Notes: generated from the sequence alone by a model not told the origin. A stretch of DNA of 64,000 nt from Candidatus Saccharimonadota bacterium (GCA_013333595.2 JABCON020000002.1:16849-80848), one strand, 5' to 3'. Shown: positions 23,356 to 33,126, counted from the first letter of the stretch. A program made the numbers and translations.

Positions 23356-23865
23356 TTACTCACGGCAGTCTACCGGCAGGCGGTAGACGGTGGGCAGCTC
23401 CTGCCCGGGTACGACAACCGCGACATTATACTGCCGCTTGTTATCGACCCGAATGTGTTTGTAGATGGGAGCACCCTCCTGATAGTGCTCCCGGCGCATG
23501 AGCTCTACTCCCTCGGCGGAGGAACCAAGGGGTGTAGCGGTGATAGAATAATCACCGCTGGCTGGGGCGGTGCCCCAGGCCCGCAGCCAGGCGAATACCT
23601 GGCCAGTCTCCTCATTGGTGGTGCAAAACTGCCACACGGCAGTCTTGTCAACCCCAACCTTTTTGCCACTATCGCCCTGGGGGCGCAGCGGTTCGACCAC
23701 CCCATCCGGGCCCGGTGTGGGCTGCGGCGGGGCGGGGTTAGTAGCAGCTACCGGTTTGGTAGTAGCTACTGTCGTGGTGGCAGGGGGTTCGGCCGGGGCC
23801 GGTTGGCCACCGGTGGCGATCCCCAGGGCTGCCAGGATGGCAGCTAGCCAGGTTGTAAAGTCCAT
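23356..23865 (-). CDS. putative secreted/anchored protein with Pro/Thr-rich linker
   Basis: Hydrophobic N-terminus, PAPAEPPATTT linker, C-terminal domain with two Cys; SD AGGAG. Confidence 0.75.
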   Translation of the reverse strand: MDFTTWLAAILAALGIATGGQPAPAEPPATTTVATTKPVAATNPAPPQPTPGPDGVVEPLRPQGDSGKKVGVDKTAVWQFCTTNEETGQVFAWLRAWGTAPASGDYSITATPLGSSAEGVELMRREHYQEGAPIYKHIRVDNKRQYNVAVVVPGQELPTVYRLPVDCRE

Positions 23866-23932
23866 AGGCTTCTCCTAAGCCTCGCGTGCGGTACCCCACC
23901 CGGCTGGTGGGTGCACATAGATATTATACCAT

Positions 23933-23961
23933 AAAAATCCCCCTTGCTGGCTGCAAGGGGG
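23933..23961 (-). terminator. intrinsic terminator
   Basis: Minus strand CCCCCTTGC-agcca-GCAAGGGGG then ATTTTT. Confidence 0.8.
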
Positions 23962-23972
23962 TGGATACCATG

Positions 23973-24473
23973 CTACGTGCCGCAGTTGGGCGTGTGTAGC
24001 TTCATGGTATCCTGCGTCAGTGATGACGCTTGGTTGTTATCACCTCCTGTCCGTGTGATGGTGCGGATATGGACATCAAGGTCTGTACCCTGGGGGACCT
24101 GCAGGTCAGTTACCTGCAGGCGACCATCTGGCCCCGGGCTGCCAGTAAAGATCACACGAGGTTCAATAAAAACCTCGTTGCTCCCCGTCGACTCAGCAAC
24201 TGAGAGCTGAATCGTCGTGCCGGCGGCCTCCGATGGGTCGGCGGCGATGCCGTCAACATGGAGGGCGGCTCGGCCCGGCCGCCTGCAGAAGGCTCGAATT
24301 GAGCCCTCCTCCCCCAGTTTGGGGGTGCTGGCAGTAGCCACCTTGTGGGTGGCGCGGGGAGCACTGGATAGCTCACTGCTACCCAGTGCCCCGGCAACCG
24401 GGGCAGTCAGACTTGCTACCGCCAAGGCGGTAGCAACGGTAGCGACGGACAAGCGTGTGGTGAAGGCGTTCAT
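23973..24473 (-). CDS. putative secreted protein
   Basis: Signal peptide MNAFTTRLSVATVATALAVASLTAPVAGA then LGSSELSS; two Cys; SD GGAGG. Confidence 0.75.
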   Translation of the reverse strand: MNAFTTRLSVATVATALAVASLTAPVAGALGSSELSSAPRATHKVATASTPKLGEEGSIRAFCRRPGRAALHVDGIAADPSEAAGTTIQLSVAESTGSNEVFIEPRVIFTGSPGPDGRLQVTDLQVPQGTDLDVHIRTITRTGGDNNQASSLTQDTMKLHTPNCGT

Positions 24474-24682
24474 AACCTCCACCTCCTTTCAAAGAAAAAA
24501 GGATGAACAAGGTACAAAGTACCTGGGTGTGTGTATACAAAATAACGCACCATCCCAAGCACTTCCCTTATACTATCATAAAAATGCCTATATGTACAGT
24601 TTATGCTATAAATTTAAAACCCCCAGCCGGCACACACCATAAGTGCATACCAGCCGAGGGGGGCGACTGACTGCAGCAAAGC

Positions 24683-25417
24683 TTAGCTGACTTTACTACA
24701 GTCAATCGCTTGGAAGGGGAGTTTGACCGTCCCGTGATTGATCACGAGCCGGTAAATCCCCTCCCGGTTTTCGGCCCCTTTGTGATAGAGTTTGAACTCT
24801 ATCGCCTGGGGCGCTTCCCCGGCCGCCGCGTTGGTTACCGGGCTTTCCGGCTCCACACGGCGATTGATAGAGGTTTCACTCTCCCCCTTGGGGGAGAGCC
24901 GGTCGAGGGTGACGGAAACATAAGAATCTGGGACCGCCACGACCTGCATTTTCACGAAGGCCGCCCCGTCGCGGCAGACGACGGGGACGCCATCGTACTC
25001 CGCGGCAGCCGTGGGGTACTGCCACCCCTTTGGTGCTGCGGAGATGACCTTGCGGGTCTCCTGGGAGTAACGCCAGTCCGGCGTTTTCTCCCAAGACCAC
25101 CCAATGGGCTTGATGAAGAAGACGTCTTCGTCTTGCCCTAAGTTTTTACCGGGTACCTTAACATAAGGCTTGCCGGATTTAAATCCTTCCTCCGAGGGGC
25201 TCGGAGGAAGCGGATACTGATGATCGGCAGCGGGTGCTACCGATGCCGACGCCACCGGGGTGGTGGCGCTGACCGTGGAACTGCTGCTAGCAGAGGAGTG
25301 AACCCCTCCGCCAGCAGCAAGACCGGCTACAATGGCTACCAGCAGCGGCGCCTTCAGCGCCGCAATAATGCTGGCGAACCATGTAGCTAGCCCATGTGAG
25401 ATAGTTGGAGCAGCCAT
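24683..25417 (-). CDS. putative secreted/membrane-anchored protein
   Basis: Hydrophobic N-terminus, Ser/Ala-rich linker, two Cys; SD AAAGGGGG. Confidence 0.75.
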   Translation of the reverse strand: MAAPTISHGLATWFASIIAALKAPLLVAIVAGLAAGGGVHSSASSSSTVSATTPVASASVAPAADHQYPLPPSPSEEGFKSGKPYVKVPGKNLGQDEDVFFIKPIGWSWEKTPDWRYSQETRKVISAAPKGWQYPTAAAEYDGVPVVCRDGAAFVKMQVVAVPDSYVSVTLDRLSPKGESETSINRRVEPESPVTNAAAGEAPQAIEFKLYHKGAENREGIYRLVINHGTVKLPFQAIDCSKVS

Positions 25418-25525
25418 AGTGGCCACCCCCTTTCATTAGTCGTAGGTGCTGTACGTTGAATCCTACCCGGCATGGTAGGCGTACTAACTATAGTATAGCA
25501 TAAAACGCCGGCTTAGCCAGTGCAA

Positions 25526-25559
25526 GGAAAGACCCCCGCGAGCGTGGCGGCTGCGGGGG
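25526..25559 (-). terminator. intrinsic terminator
   Basis: Minus strand CCCCCGC...GCGGGGG then TCTTTCC. Confidence 0.7.
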
Positions 25560-25574
25560 CAAAGGGTAACTCAC

Positions 25575-26195
25575 CTACCTTTCTGTGATCTTTTGCATCG
25601 GCGTACAAATATACAGGGCCTCTACTGTTGAGAGGGCCACGGTGCCATCGGCCGAATAGATCTTAAATACTATTCGGTCGCTGTTTGGCGGGGTTGGGTC
25701 GAATTCACGAGTAAAGTCGATGATATCACCGTACTTGAGCTCACGCGATGAGTACTCAAAGCCCTCGTTTTCATACATCAGGTTGTAGGTGCCTGGCTCG
25801 CCCTCGTAGCGTCCGTACACACGCGCGGTACGGGCTTGGCAATCCACGGTGAGGCTCTCAACACTACCGAGCCGCGGTGCGTTGACCGCTGGTGGCTGCG
25901 GGGTCGGCTCTGGTTCCACACTTGGCGGCGTGCTCGGCGCTGGTGCCGGCACGCTGCTGGCCGGTGTGGATGGCTCTGGCTGCTGGGCCGGCGAGCTCGG
26001 CTCGGGCTGCGGGGTGCTGCTGGGCTCAGTGCTTGGCTGGGCGCTGGGCGGCGGCGTAACCGCAGTGGTGCTGGTCGTGGTGCTTGGTTTGGGTGCCGGC
26101 TGTGGCGGCGGCGTGACGCCACTAAATAGGTAGCCCACGATGGCCACGATGGCCAGGGCAGCACCGGTTATGAATTTGAACAGTGGGGCGAACAT
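25575..26195 (-). CDS. putative anchored protein with long Pro/Ser/Thr linker
   Basis: N-terminal TM segment, QPEPS-type low-complexity linker, two Cys; SD AAAGGAGG. Confidence 0.75.
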   Translation of the reverse strand: MFAPLFKFITGAALAIVAIVGYLFSGVTPPPQPAPKPSTTTSTTAVTPPPSAQPSTEPSSTPQPEPSSPAQQPEPSTPASSVPAPAPSTPPSVEPEPTPQPPAVNAPRLGSVESLTVDCQARTARVYGRYEGEPGTYNLMYENEGFEYSSRELKYGDIIDFTREFDPTPPNSDRIVFKIYSADGTVALSTVEALYICTPMQKITER

Positions 26196-26364
26196 AGTCC
26201 GCCTCCTTTCTACTCGGAGGATGTGCGTTGGTCCACCGGCGGTGGCGCACCGCACCATTATACCATAAGCGTCATACAGGGCAAGAGCTTTTGTAGTTGG
26301 TGTGTATGGGATACCGGGTACTACCTGTATGGCGGCGGCCGTGCAAGTGGTGCGGCACAAGGGT

Positions 26365-26394
26365 AAGCCCCACGCGTGTGGCGATGCGTGGGGG
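26365..26394 (-). terminator. intrinsic terminator
   Basis: Minus strand CCCCACGC-atcgccacac-GCGTGGGG then CTT. Confidence 0.65.
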
Positions 26395-26402
26395 TGGGAT
26401 GA

Positions 26403-26894
26403 TTACGTTTTACAGACGGAGGTCAGTACCTGAGCCTCCTTTATATTAAGCTCGCGGGCGGTCCTGATGTGGACCCACTTGCCGCTTGGCACGACCCAGG
26501 CCATGCCGAAGCTGTCATCGGTGATTTCGTAGTCGGCACTAAAGCCGTCATCATCAAAACCACCGTCCTTATTGGCGACGTCGATATCGACCACAACTCT
26601 GTTGTAGTCGTTGGTAGCGGTAAAGCCGGTTGTTTCCAGCCGCATGACGGTGTTCTCGCCCTCGCAGCGGAACTGGAGGGTGGGCTCATCGCCTGAGATG
26701 ATATCGCTTGCGTCACGAACGTCCCCGTCAGTGGCATTGACGGGCTGCCCTAAGCTGTAGAAGTCACCGTACCATTCGGTGACTTTAAACTCCTTGGCAC
26801 ACGCTGCCGTGCTTACGGCAAGGCAGAATCCTAGCACCAAGGCAACGGCGGCCTTGGTAACGGAACGAGCGGTGGTCGTGGTGTAAGTAGCCAT
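26403..26894 (-). CDS. putative lipoprotein/secreted acidic protein
   Basis: Signal peptide ending STAAC (lipobox-like); SD AAGGAGG. Confidence 0.72.
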   Translation of the reverse strand: MATYTTTTARSVTKAAVALVLGFCLAVSTAACAKEFKVTEWYGDFYSLGQPVNATDGDVRDASDIISGDEPTLQFRCEGENTVMRLETTGFTATNDYNRVVVDIDVANKDGGFDDDGFSADYEITDDSFGMAWVVPSGKWVHIRTARELNIKEAQVLTSVCKT

Positions 26895-26957
26895 AATGGC
26901 CACCTCCTTGTGATAGTACGGTGCAACGGGCCTCCCCCGCTGCATACCCTTAGTATA

Positions 26958-27911
26958 CTACAGGCCGGCCGCGGCAAGTAATGCTCGTGCTTGTGCGGTG
27001 CTGGTAGTGGCCATCAGCTGGGTACGGAGCTCCTTGGCGCCAGCAAAGCCCGTTAGGTAGATTTTATAAAAACGCTTGAGGGTTTCGTACGGGCGGCCTA
27101 GCTGGGGTTGCCAGTGGTCGAAGAGATCGAGCTGGTAGCGGAGTAGGCTTACCAGTTCGGCCTGGCGCTTAGCTGGCTCTGGCGGCACTGGGCGAAAGCA
27201 GAACGGGTCGGCAAACACACCGCGGCCAATCATAATCCCATCAACCCCTGGGTGCTCGGCTACAAGCTGCAGGCCGTGGGCTCGCCCGGTAATATCGCCG
27301 TTAATGGTCAGTAGGGTGTGCGGCGCAATCGTATCGCGCAGGGCTACAATGCTGCTAATAAGCTCGTAGTGGGCTGGGACTTTGCTCATTTCCTTTTTGG
27401 TGCGTAGGTGGATGGTAAGGTTGGCGATGTCTTGGCTCAGCAGCGCCGTAAGCCACGGTTGCCACTCATCCACCCGGCTGTAGCCAAGGCGGGTTTTGAC
27501 ACTGACCGGCAGGCCGGCTGTTTTGGCCGCCGCAATAGAAGCAATGGCTCGCTGCGGCTGGCGAATTAGGGCTGCGCCACCGCTTTTGATAGCGCTTTTG
27601 GCCGGGCAGCCCATATTGATATCGATACCGGCAAACCCAAGACGAGCACAGTGGGCAGCAAACTGCTGCATATCGCCCGGCTCGCCACCCCAAATTTGGG
27701 CAATCAGTGGCTGCGGGCTGGCAACGCGCACTAGGCGGCCAGCAATGGCTTTATTGCCAGCGTGCACCCAGCCAGTGGCATTGGCAAACTCGGTGAAGAA
27801 GAGCTCTGGCGGGCCGGCCTGGCGCACCACCTGGCGAAAGACAACATCCGTCACGGCCTCCATAGGGGCCAAAGCAAAGAACGGGCGCGGCAGAGTATCC
27901 CAAAAGGTCAT
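26958..27911 (-). CDS. dus: tRNA-dihydrouridine synthase
   Basis: ALAPMEAVTD, IDINMGCP, VSVKTRLG, INGDI, MIGRG. Confidence 0.93.
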   Translation of the reverse strand: MTFWDTLPRPFFALAPMEAVTDVVFRQVVRQAGPPELFFTEFANATGWVHAGNKAIAGRLVRVASPQPLIAQIWGGEPGDMQQFAAHCARLGFAGIDINMGCPAKSAIKSGGAALIRQPQRAIASIAAAKTAGLPVSVKTRLGYSRVDEWQPWLTALLSQDIANLTIHLRTKKEMSKVPAHYELISSIVALRDTIAPHTLLTINGDITGRAHGLQLVAEHPGVDGIMIGRGVFADPFCFRPVPPEPAKRQAELVSLLRYQLDLFDHWQPQLGRPYETLKRFYKIYLTGFAGAKELRTQLMATTSTAQARALLAAAGL

Positions 27912-28042
27912 TGCCCTATTATACCACGGTGGGTTGTGTGCTATATCCAGGTGGTGAATATGGTAGCGCCAGTGCTATATGGCCCCGCACGCAGCAGCTA
28001 GGGCAAAGAAAACCCCCGCCGGTATTGGCGGGGGCGCCGAAA

Positions 28043-28204
28043 TTAAAATCTAAAGCTCGGCCTCCCGTTCACTTTGATATCTAGGTTCTTTACGGATTGC
28101 ATATTATATTTATATGCTTCCTGTACCATACGTACTTCCTCGGGGGTGCGTGCCCCGGCGGGCTTGTTGGCAGCAGCTTCATAGTCGCAGAGGTTTCTAC
28201 GCAT
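28043..28204 (-). CDS. small hypothetical protein (53 aa)
   Basis: MRRNLCDYEAAANKPAG...; own -10, structured leader, SD AAAGGTGA and terminator at 28005-28034. Confidence 0.6.
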   Translation of the reverse strand: MRRNLCDYEAAANKPAGARTPEEVRMVQEAYKYNMQSVKNLDIKVNGRPSFRF

Positions 28205-28376
28205 TTTCTCACCTTTCGGCTCGGGGCACCCTATATGGTAGGGTACCGAATGTACGATACACGCCCGGTTGGCGCGTGCATGGCTGTAGTATACCATATA
28301 GCGGGGCTATGGGGAATACTTCCCTACGGCGCTGTGCGCGTCGCAGCAGGCGGGTTGCGGTACCCCGCTGCCCCCG

Positions 28377-31300
28377 CTAAATACGCCCGGCCCGCAGGTC
28401 GTCTTCGAAGGCCAGGACGCCTTGGTAGTCTGGCGAATAGCTACTGGTATCAGGGAAATCCAGCGCCTGGATATGCCGCCAAATTGCGCTAAGCAGTGCA
28501 TCAAAATCATCCAGCTCGCTCTGAGTGACCTGGCCCAGTTCGAGGCTGGTAATATCGCCGGCCTTGGTGGGCTCGATAAACTGCAGCTCGCCGCCAGCAA
28601 AGTGGTAGTGGCGCCAGTGCTGGGCTGTACTGGCAAGCAGCCGGTAAAAGAGCAGCTGCTGGCGGTAGGTGTGGGCCTGGATCTTGTGGTAATCCGTGCT
28701 GGGGCGCCAACTGCTAAGCGGCGCGCTGGTTTTGTAATCAATAACCCGGATGGTTTTGGCTGTTTCATCCACCGTGGCGACATCAACCTTACCGGTGAGC
28801 GCAACGGGCCCAAGCTGGGCCTGCTGGCGGGCAAAGCTAAGCTCGGCTTGCTGGTTGGGTGTAAAGCTCGCCTGCTTGTGCGCCAAGAAGGCCGTCAGTG
28901 CCTCGACACCCTTGTGGCGAAAGTGGGCGTGCTCTTGCTGGGTAAGCTGCTGCCGAGCCAGCTGCTTGGTGAAGGTGCTGATGATAGCGCTCGCCGGCGG
29001 TGGTGTGCCATGGGCGCGGGTGTGGTCGTGGGCAAACTGGAGCGCAGCGTGGATGGCGGTGCCATAGCCAGCGTGCGGGCTGGTAGCGGCTGGCATATGC
29101 AGCAAGTGGCGTAGCAAAAAGGCCTGCGGGCCACCACGGGCCACGTTAATAAAGGCATTAACATGGGTTGCGCTGAGGCGGTACTGAGCCAGCGCACCGG
29201 CCAGGTACTGCTGCATGGTGGCATGGGGTAGGCTCAGCAGTGGGCTGTACCACTCGGTCGTAGCGGTGTGCTGTGGGGCCAGGCCGTCTACATTAGGTGT
29301 AGCGTGGGTGGCTGTATGTACGGCTGGGGCCGCAGCCAGGAAGTCTGCTATGGCAAGCTCCTTGCCGCTATCGGCTTGCTCTGCCTGGGTGATATACAGT
29401 TGCTGCCGGGCACGGGTCATCCCCACAAAGAACAGGCGCAGGCGTTCCTCTGCTGAGTTAGTGCTGCGGCGCAGGCGCAGATTGGGCGGGTAACTAATGG
29501 TCGGGGCGGGGCTACGCACACGGCTCCCCCACGTGGTATTGGTGGCATCAAGCAGGTAGACGGTATCGAACTCCAGGCCTTTACTGGCGTGGGCGCTCAT
29601 CAGGCGGATGCTGGTGGCTTCATCACCTAGTTGCTGCTGGCTGGTAATGCTGGTGCCGCTGGCCGTGCACTGGTCGATAAATTCTAGCATATCGCCCAGG
29701 CGGGGCTGGGACTGGTGCGGCTGATGCTCGCGTAGGGCCGCGCGGATAGCATTCAGGTTTTGAATATGGGCTAGATAACGCTGGTTGCTAGCTGCCAAAA
29801 AGTAGCCAGCCAGTGGCGAGCTGTAGTCACCTTGCTCCCCCACCGTGGTAGAGTCATGCTGCTTGTGCGTGGTGCCAGCGCTGGTAGTGGGTTGTGGCAT
29901 AGTGGTGCCTACCAGCGTATCCAGGATGCGCTCGAGCGGCGTAACCAGGCTGGCCTGCGCGCAGCTAAGCAGCCACTGCGCCAGGGGTTGGGTGGCCGGT
30001 ATCGTTTGCATAACTTCGAGCCACAACTGGCGCTTGCGGTAAGCTGCCAGGCTCACCTGCCATAGGGTAGTTGGTGCAATATCCCAGGCTGGGTGCGCTA
30101 GGAGTTCGGGCAGCAGAGCGTTGGCGTTATCGTGCTCCCCCCGAGCCAGCAGCAGCACGACCCGAGCCAGCAGCACCAGCTGGGTAACGAGGGGGTCCTC
30201 TAGCACATTATCGCGCTGCTGGTAACTAACGGGTATACCCTGCTGGGCCAGGTACGGCAAAAGTGCAATCAGGTCTGCATGGCGCCGGCCAAGCACTGCG
30301 ATTTCGTGGGCCGGTGCGCCCGCCGCAAGCTTGGCAGCAATACTCTGGGCGACCCAGGCGCGCTCGGCGGCTTGAGTGGGCAGGGTGACGCGCTCGGCGG
30401 TACTCCCGCTACGGGGCTGCGCATGGGCCGTGAGGGTTTTATCGAGCTGCGGCAGGTGGGCCTCCAGCCGCTCCGTGCCCTGGGTAATGACCTGCCGGGC
30501 TGGGGTTAAAATTGCCTCCACGCTACGGTAGTTATCGGTCAGGGTGATGAGCTCTGCACTCGGGTAATGCTCCATAAACTGCAAAATATTACCGACATCC
30601 GCCCCCTGGAACCCATAAATCGCTTGGTCATCATCCCCCACGACTAGGAGGTTTGGGTTGCCTTCGTGGACGGGGCTACTGGTAAGGATATCTAAAAGGC
30701 GCATTTGTGCGAGGTTGGTATCCTGGAACTCATCTACCATGATGTACTGGTAGGTTTCTTGCAGTTCGTACGCGAGCTCTGGGTGGGTGCTGGCGGCGTG
30801 AATAACCTGGCCAATCATATCATCAAAATCGTATAGCTCGGCGGCCTGGAGTGCTGCCTGGTAGCGCTGGTATATAGTCACCAGGGCATGGAGCCGCGGC
30901 TGCTGCTGGCGGGCTTTGAGCACCACATTGCCACGGGCGTCTTTGGTGAGCCATTGGTTCTTCCAGGCGGTGAGCGGCGGTGTGGTTTTAGCGTGGGCAT
31001 GGGCCTCGGCACAGGTGCGCTCCAGGCTACGCAGTAGTACGCTACTCAGGCGTGGCACGCCAGCAACCGGGGTGGGCTCCTGGATATGGTGTAGCTGCTG
31101 GGTGGTGTCTTCCAGCGCGGCCAGGGTGGCCTTGCTAACGCGGCTGCCGTAGGCTGCTACCAGCAGCGGCTCGGCCGTATCGATCACCTGCTGGTTGGCT
31201 GCCAGGATGTCTTGGAGCTCACTGGCGCTCAGGCCGGCACGCTTGATATCCGATAGCGAACTCAGAATGCCTTTGGTGGTTGTAAAGCGGCCGTTCATGA

Positions 31301-31715
31301 TGGTTTTGAGCGGGTTGCTGGGTGGTAGCTCATGTAGGATATCCGTCACAATACGGTGCCGGGTCAGGTCATCCGCTGGGCTAAACTCCGCACCATGGTA
31401 AAAGTACTGCCGGTAGCGGCTCATGATTTCACTGCCAAAGGCGTGGAAGGTATAAATGCTCACATTGTAGGCGTCGCGGCCGATGATACTGGCCAGGCGT
31501 TTTTGCATCGCTATAGAGCCACTTTCGGTAAACGTGAGGCACAGGATGGTTTCGGGCAGGGCATCCGTCTGGCGCAGGATGTGGGCAGCCCGCATACTGA
31601 GGAGCTCGGTTTTGCCGGTACCCGGCCCCGCTACCACCATGACGGGGCCATCGATATGATCCACGGCGCGGCGTTGGTTGGGGTTGAGGTTAGCGTAGCG
31701 GTGTGTAAAATCCAT
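28377..31715 (-). CDS. UvrD/PcrA-like helicase fused to a C-terminal PD-(D/E)XK nuclease domain
   Basis: AGPGTGKT, VDEFQDTN, GDDDQAIYGFQGA, NYRS, HASKGLEF, VGMTRAR; C-terminal GKVD...VIDYKT. Confidence 0.92.
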   Translation of the reverse strand: MDFTHRYANLNPNQRRAVDHIDGPVMVVAGPGTGKTELLSMRAAHILRQTDALPETILCLTFTESGSIAMQKRLASIIGRDAYNVSIYTFHAFGSEIMSRYRQYFYHGAEFSPADDLTRHRIVTDILHELPPSNPLKTIMNGRFTTTKGILSSLSDIKRAGLSASELQDILAANQQVIDTAEPLLVAAYGSRVSKATLAALEDTTQQLHHIQEPTPVAGVPRLSSVLLRSLERTCAEAHAHAKTTPPLTAWKNQWLTKDARGNVVLKARQQQPRLHALVTIYQRYQAALQAAELYDFDDMIGQVIHAASTHPELAYELQETYQYIMVDEFQDTNLAQMRLLDILTSSPVHEGNPNLLVVGDDDQAIYGFQGADVGNILQFMEHYPSAELITLTDNYRSVEAILTPARQVITQGTERLEAHLPQLDKTLTAHAQPRSGSTAERVTLPTQAAERAWVAQSIAAKLAAGAPAHEIAVLGRRHADLIALLPYLAQQGIPVSYQQRDNVLEDPLVTQLVLLARVVLLLARGEHDNANALLPELLAHPAWDIAPTTLWQVSLAAYRKRQLWLEVMQTIPATQPLAQWLLSCAQASLVTPLERILDTLVGTTMPQPTTSAGTTHKQHDSTTVGEQGDYSSPLAGYFLAASNQRYLAHIQNLNAIRAALREHQPHQSQPRLGDMLEFIDQCTASGTSITSQQQLGDEATSIRLMSAHASKGLEFDTVYLLDATNTTWGSRVRSPAPTISYPPNLRLRRSTNSAEERLRLFFVGMTRARQQLYITQAEQADSGKELAIADFLAAAPAVHTATHATPNVDGLAPQHTATTEWYSPLLSLPHATMQQYLAGALAQYRLSATHVNAFINVARGGPQAFLLRHLLHMPAATSPHAGYGTAIHAALQFAHDHTRAHGTPPPASAIISTFTKQLARQQLTQQEHAHFRHKGVEALTAFLAHKQASFTPNQQAELSFARQQAQLGPVALTGKVDVATVDETAKTIRVIDYKTSAPLSSWRPSTDYHKIQAHTYRQQLLFYRLLASTAQHWRHYHFAGGELQFIEPTKAGDITSLELGQVTQSELDDFDALLSAIWRHIQALDFPDTSSYSPDYQGVLAFEDDLRAGRI

Positions 31716-31813
31716 ACCACTATTGTAGCAGCTCCCAGGCTGCGTATGGCATGACTATAGGCGCCTGGCAGTCGGTAGCTCGTCCCATAAGCGGTATGGT
31801 ATAATAAACCTAT

Positions 31814-32302
31814 ATGCAGGCAAAACAAACAACAAACCTGGCTATTACCAATACTGCCAAGCGCTACTTTGGCATCACCGTGCAGGTGCGCCAGATGGTG
31901 GGCGAGGCGCTCCCTATTAGCCACACGGGTACCGCCTATGTGTTTTTGAGCCATAAAAAGCAGCTCTATGCCCTGATTCAGGCTCAATCTAATTACACCT
32001 TGGGCGACGTTAAGCGCATCATTACCCGCATGGGTCTGAAGGCCGAGCATTATCTGCCGCCGGCTGCGCAGCCGAGCTACTTTGATGATTTTGCCGCCGA
32101 GCGGTTCCGCGAAACCTACCCTGGCCGCACACCCCACACCGAGGACGACCTACGCTTTTTTAAAACTCTGGCGCCGTATAATCCAGCCCTGGTGGCCATT
32201 AGTGAGGTCAAGCACGGCGAAATTAAGCAGTTCGATGCCTCCTCCCCCAGCCAGTGGCGCCCGGCCGCAACCTTTATGTACCGGCGCATGCCAACCAGTT
32301 AG
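31814..32302 (+). CDS. conserved hypothetical protein
   Basis: 162-aa ORF with -10 box just upstream; resembles a family I associate with Saccharibacteria (not verified). Confidence 0.75.
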   Translation: MQAKQTTNLAITNTAKRYFGITVQVRQMVGEALPISHTGTAYVFLSHKKQLYALIQAQSNYTLGDVKRIITRMGLKAEHYLPPAAQPSYFDDFAAERFRETYPGRTPHTEDDLRFFKTLAPYNPALVAISEVKHGEIKQFDASSPSQWRPAATFMYRRMPTS

Positions 32303-33126
32303 TTGGGCCGTAGCGTCTGTGTTACAAATGTATCAAGCAATGTATTGACTATGTCTGGCTGGTCTGTATTGGAATTGTGCCCAGCGTTTGCAATCCAATG
32401 TACAGGTTCTGCGGTGGTCTTTTGGTATGCTTTTATATATCGTACACATGAGCCCGCACGGTCTTCTGTACCGCAAAGGATCATATGAGGGCATGTTAGC
32501 TTGTACGGGAGATTTTTCTGGACTGCTTTGGCTAGTATTGTGTAGCCATGGCCTGCAAGCTCAGCGTACCTTTTTTGGTTGCCAGCATAAACCATCATCA
32601 TATCGCGCATAAGCTGCTGGCCGTATTCTGTCACTGCTACTCCCTTCGCCCCTGCTTGTAGTAGATATTTCCATGGGCATAGTTTGTAGATCGGTGTTAG
32701 CTTCGTAAGAAGCCATAACTCAATTGCTGTGTAATATTGCCTTTGAAGGGAAGGCGAATCGATGAGCACAAGGCCTTTGAGTTCTTCTGGAAATAACTCT
32801 GCATAAACTTGCCCTACGTAACCTCCCTTAGACTGGCCAATTATAACTGGTGCGGTCATACCCTCGTGCAGTAATATTTGCCGTAGCCATGTTGCTTCGT
32901 CAAATAAATCAAAGCTAAGGTCAAAAGGATACGACGCGGCGTGCCCAGGTGCATCCCACACGAGTATCGTATATGTATCTTTAAAGTAGGCTATTTGCTT
33001 TTCAAATAGTCTGTGGTCAGCAGTGAGGCCTGGTAGGAATACAAGCTGGACTGCTTGAGGCTTTGCGGGCTGTGTCACCCAGTAGTGAATTACCCCAGCT
33101 GGCGTTGTGTATGTTCTTTCTGTCAT
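32299..33126 (-). CDS. alpha/beta-fold hydrolase, AT-rich (probably acquired)
   Basis: FLPGLTADH, WDAPGH, GQSKGG, NAGHNSNTD; visibly lower GC than flanks; SD AAGGA. Confidence 0.88.
   Translation of the reverse strand: MTERTYTTPAGVIHYWVTQPAKPQAVQLVFLPGLTADHRLFEKQIAYFKDTYTILVWDAPGHAASYPFDLSFDLFDEATWLRQILLHEGMTAPVIIGQSKGGYVGQVYAELFPEELKGLVLIDSPSLQRQYYTAIELWLLTKLTPIYKLCPWKYLLQAGAKGVAVTEYGQQLMRDMMMVYAGNQKRYAELAGHGYTILAKAVQKNLPYKLTCPHMILCGTEDRAGSCVRYIKAYQKTTAEPVHWIANAGHNSNTDQPDIVNTLLDTFVTQTLRPN

Noticed and set aside
23312..26960. Integron cassette array or CRISPR array
   Set aside because: No integrase, no attC-like boxes recognised, genes have their own promoters, and there are no identical regularly spaced repeats
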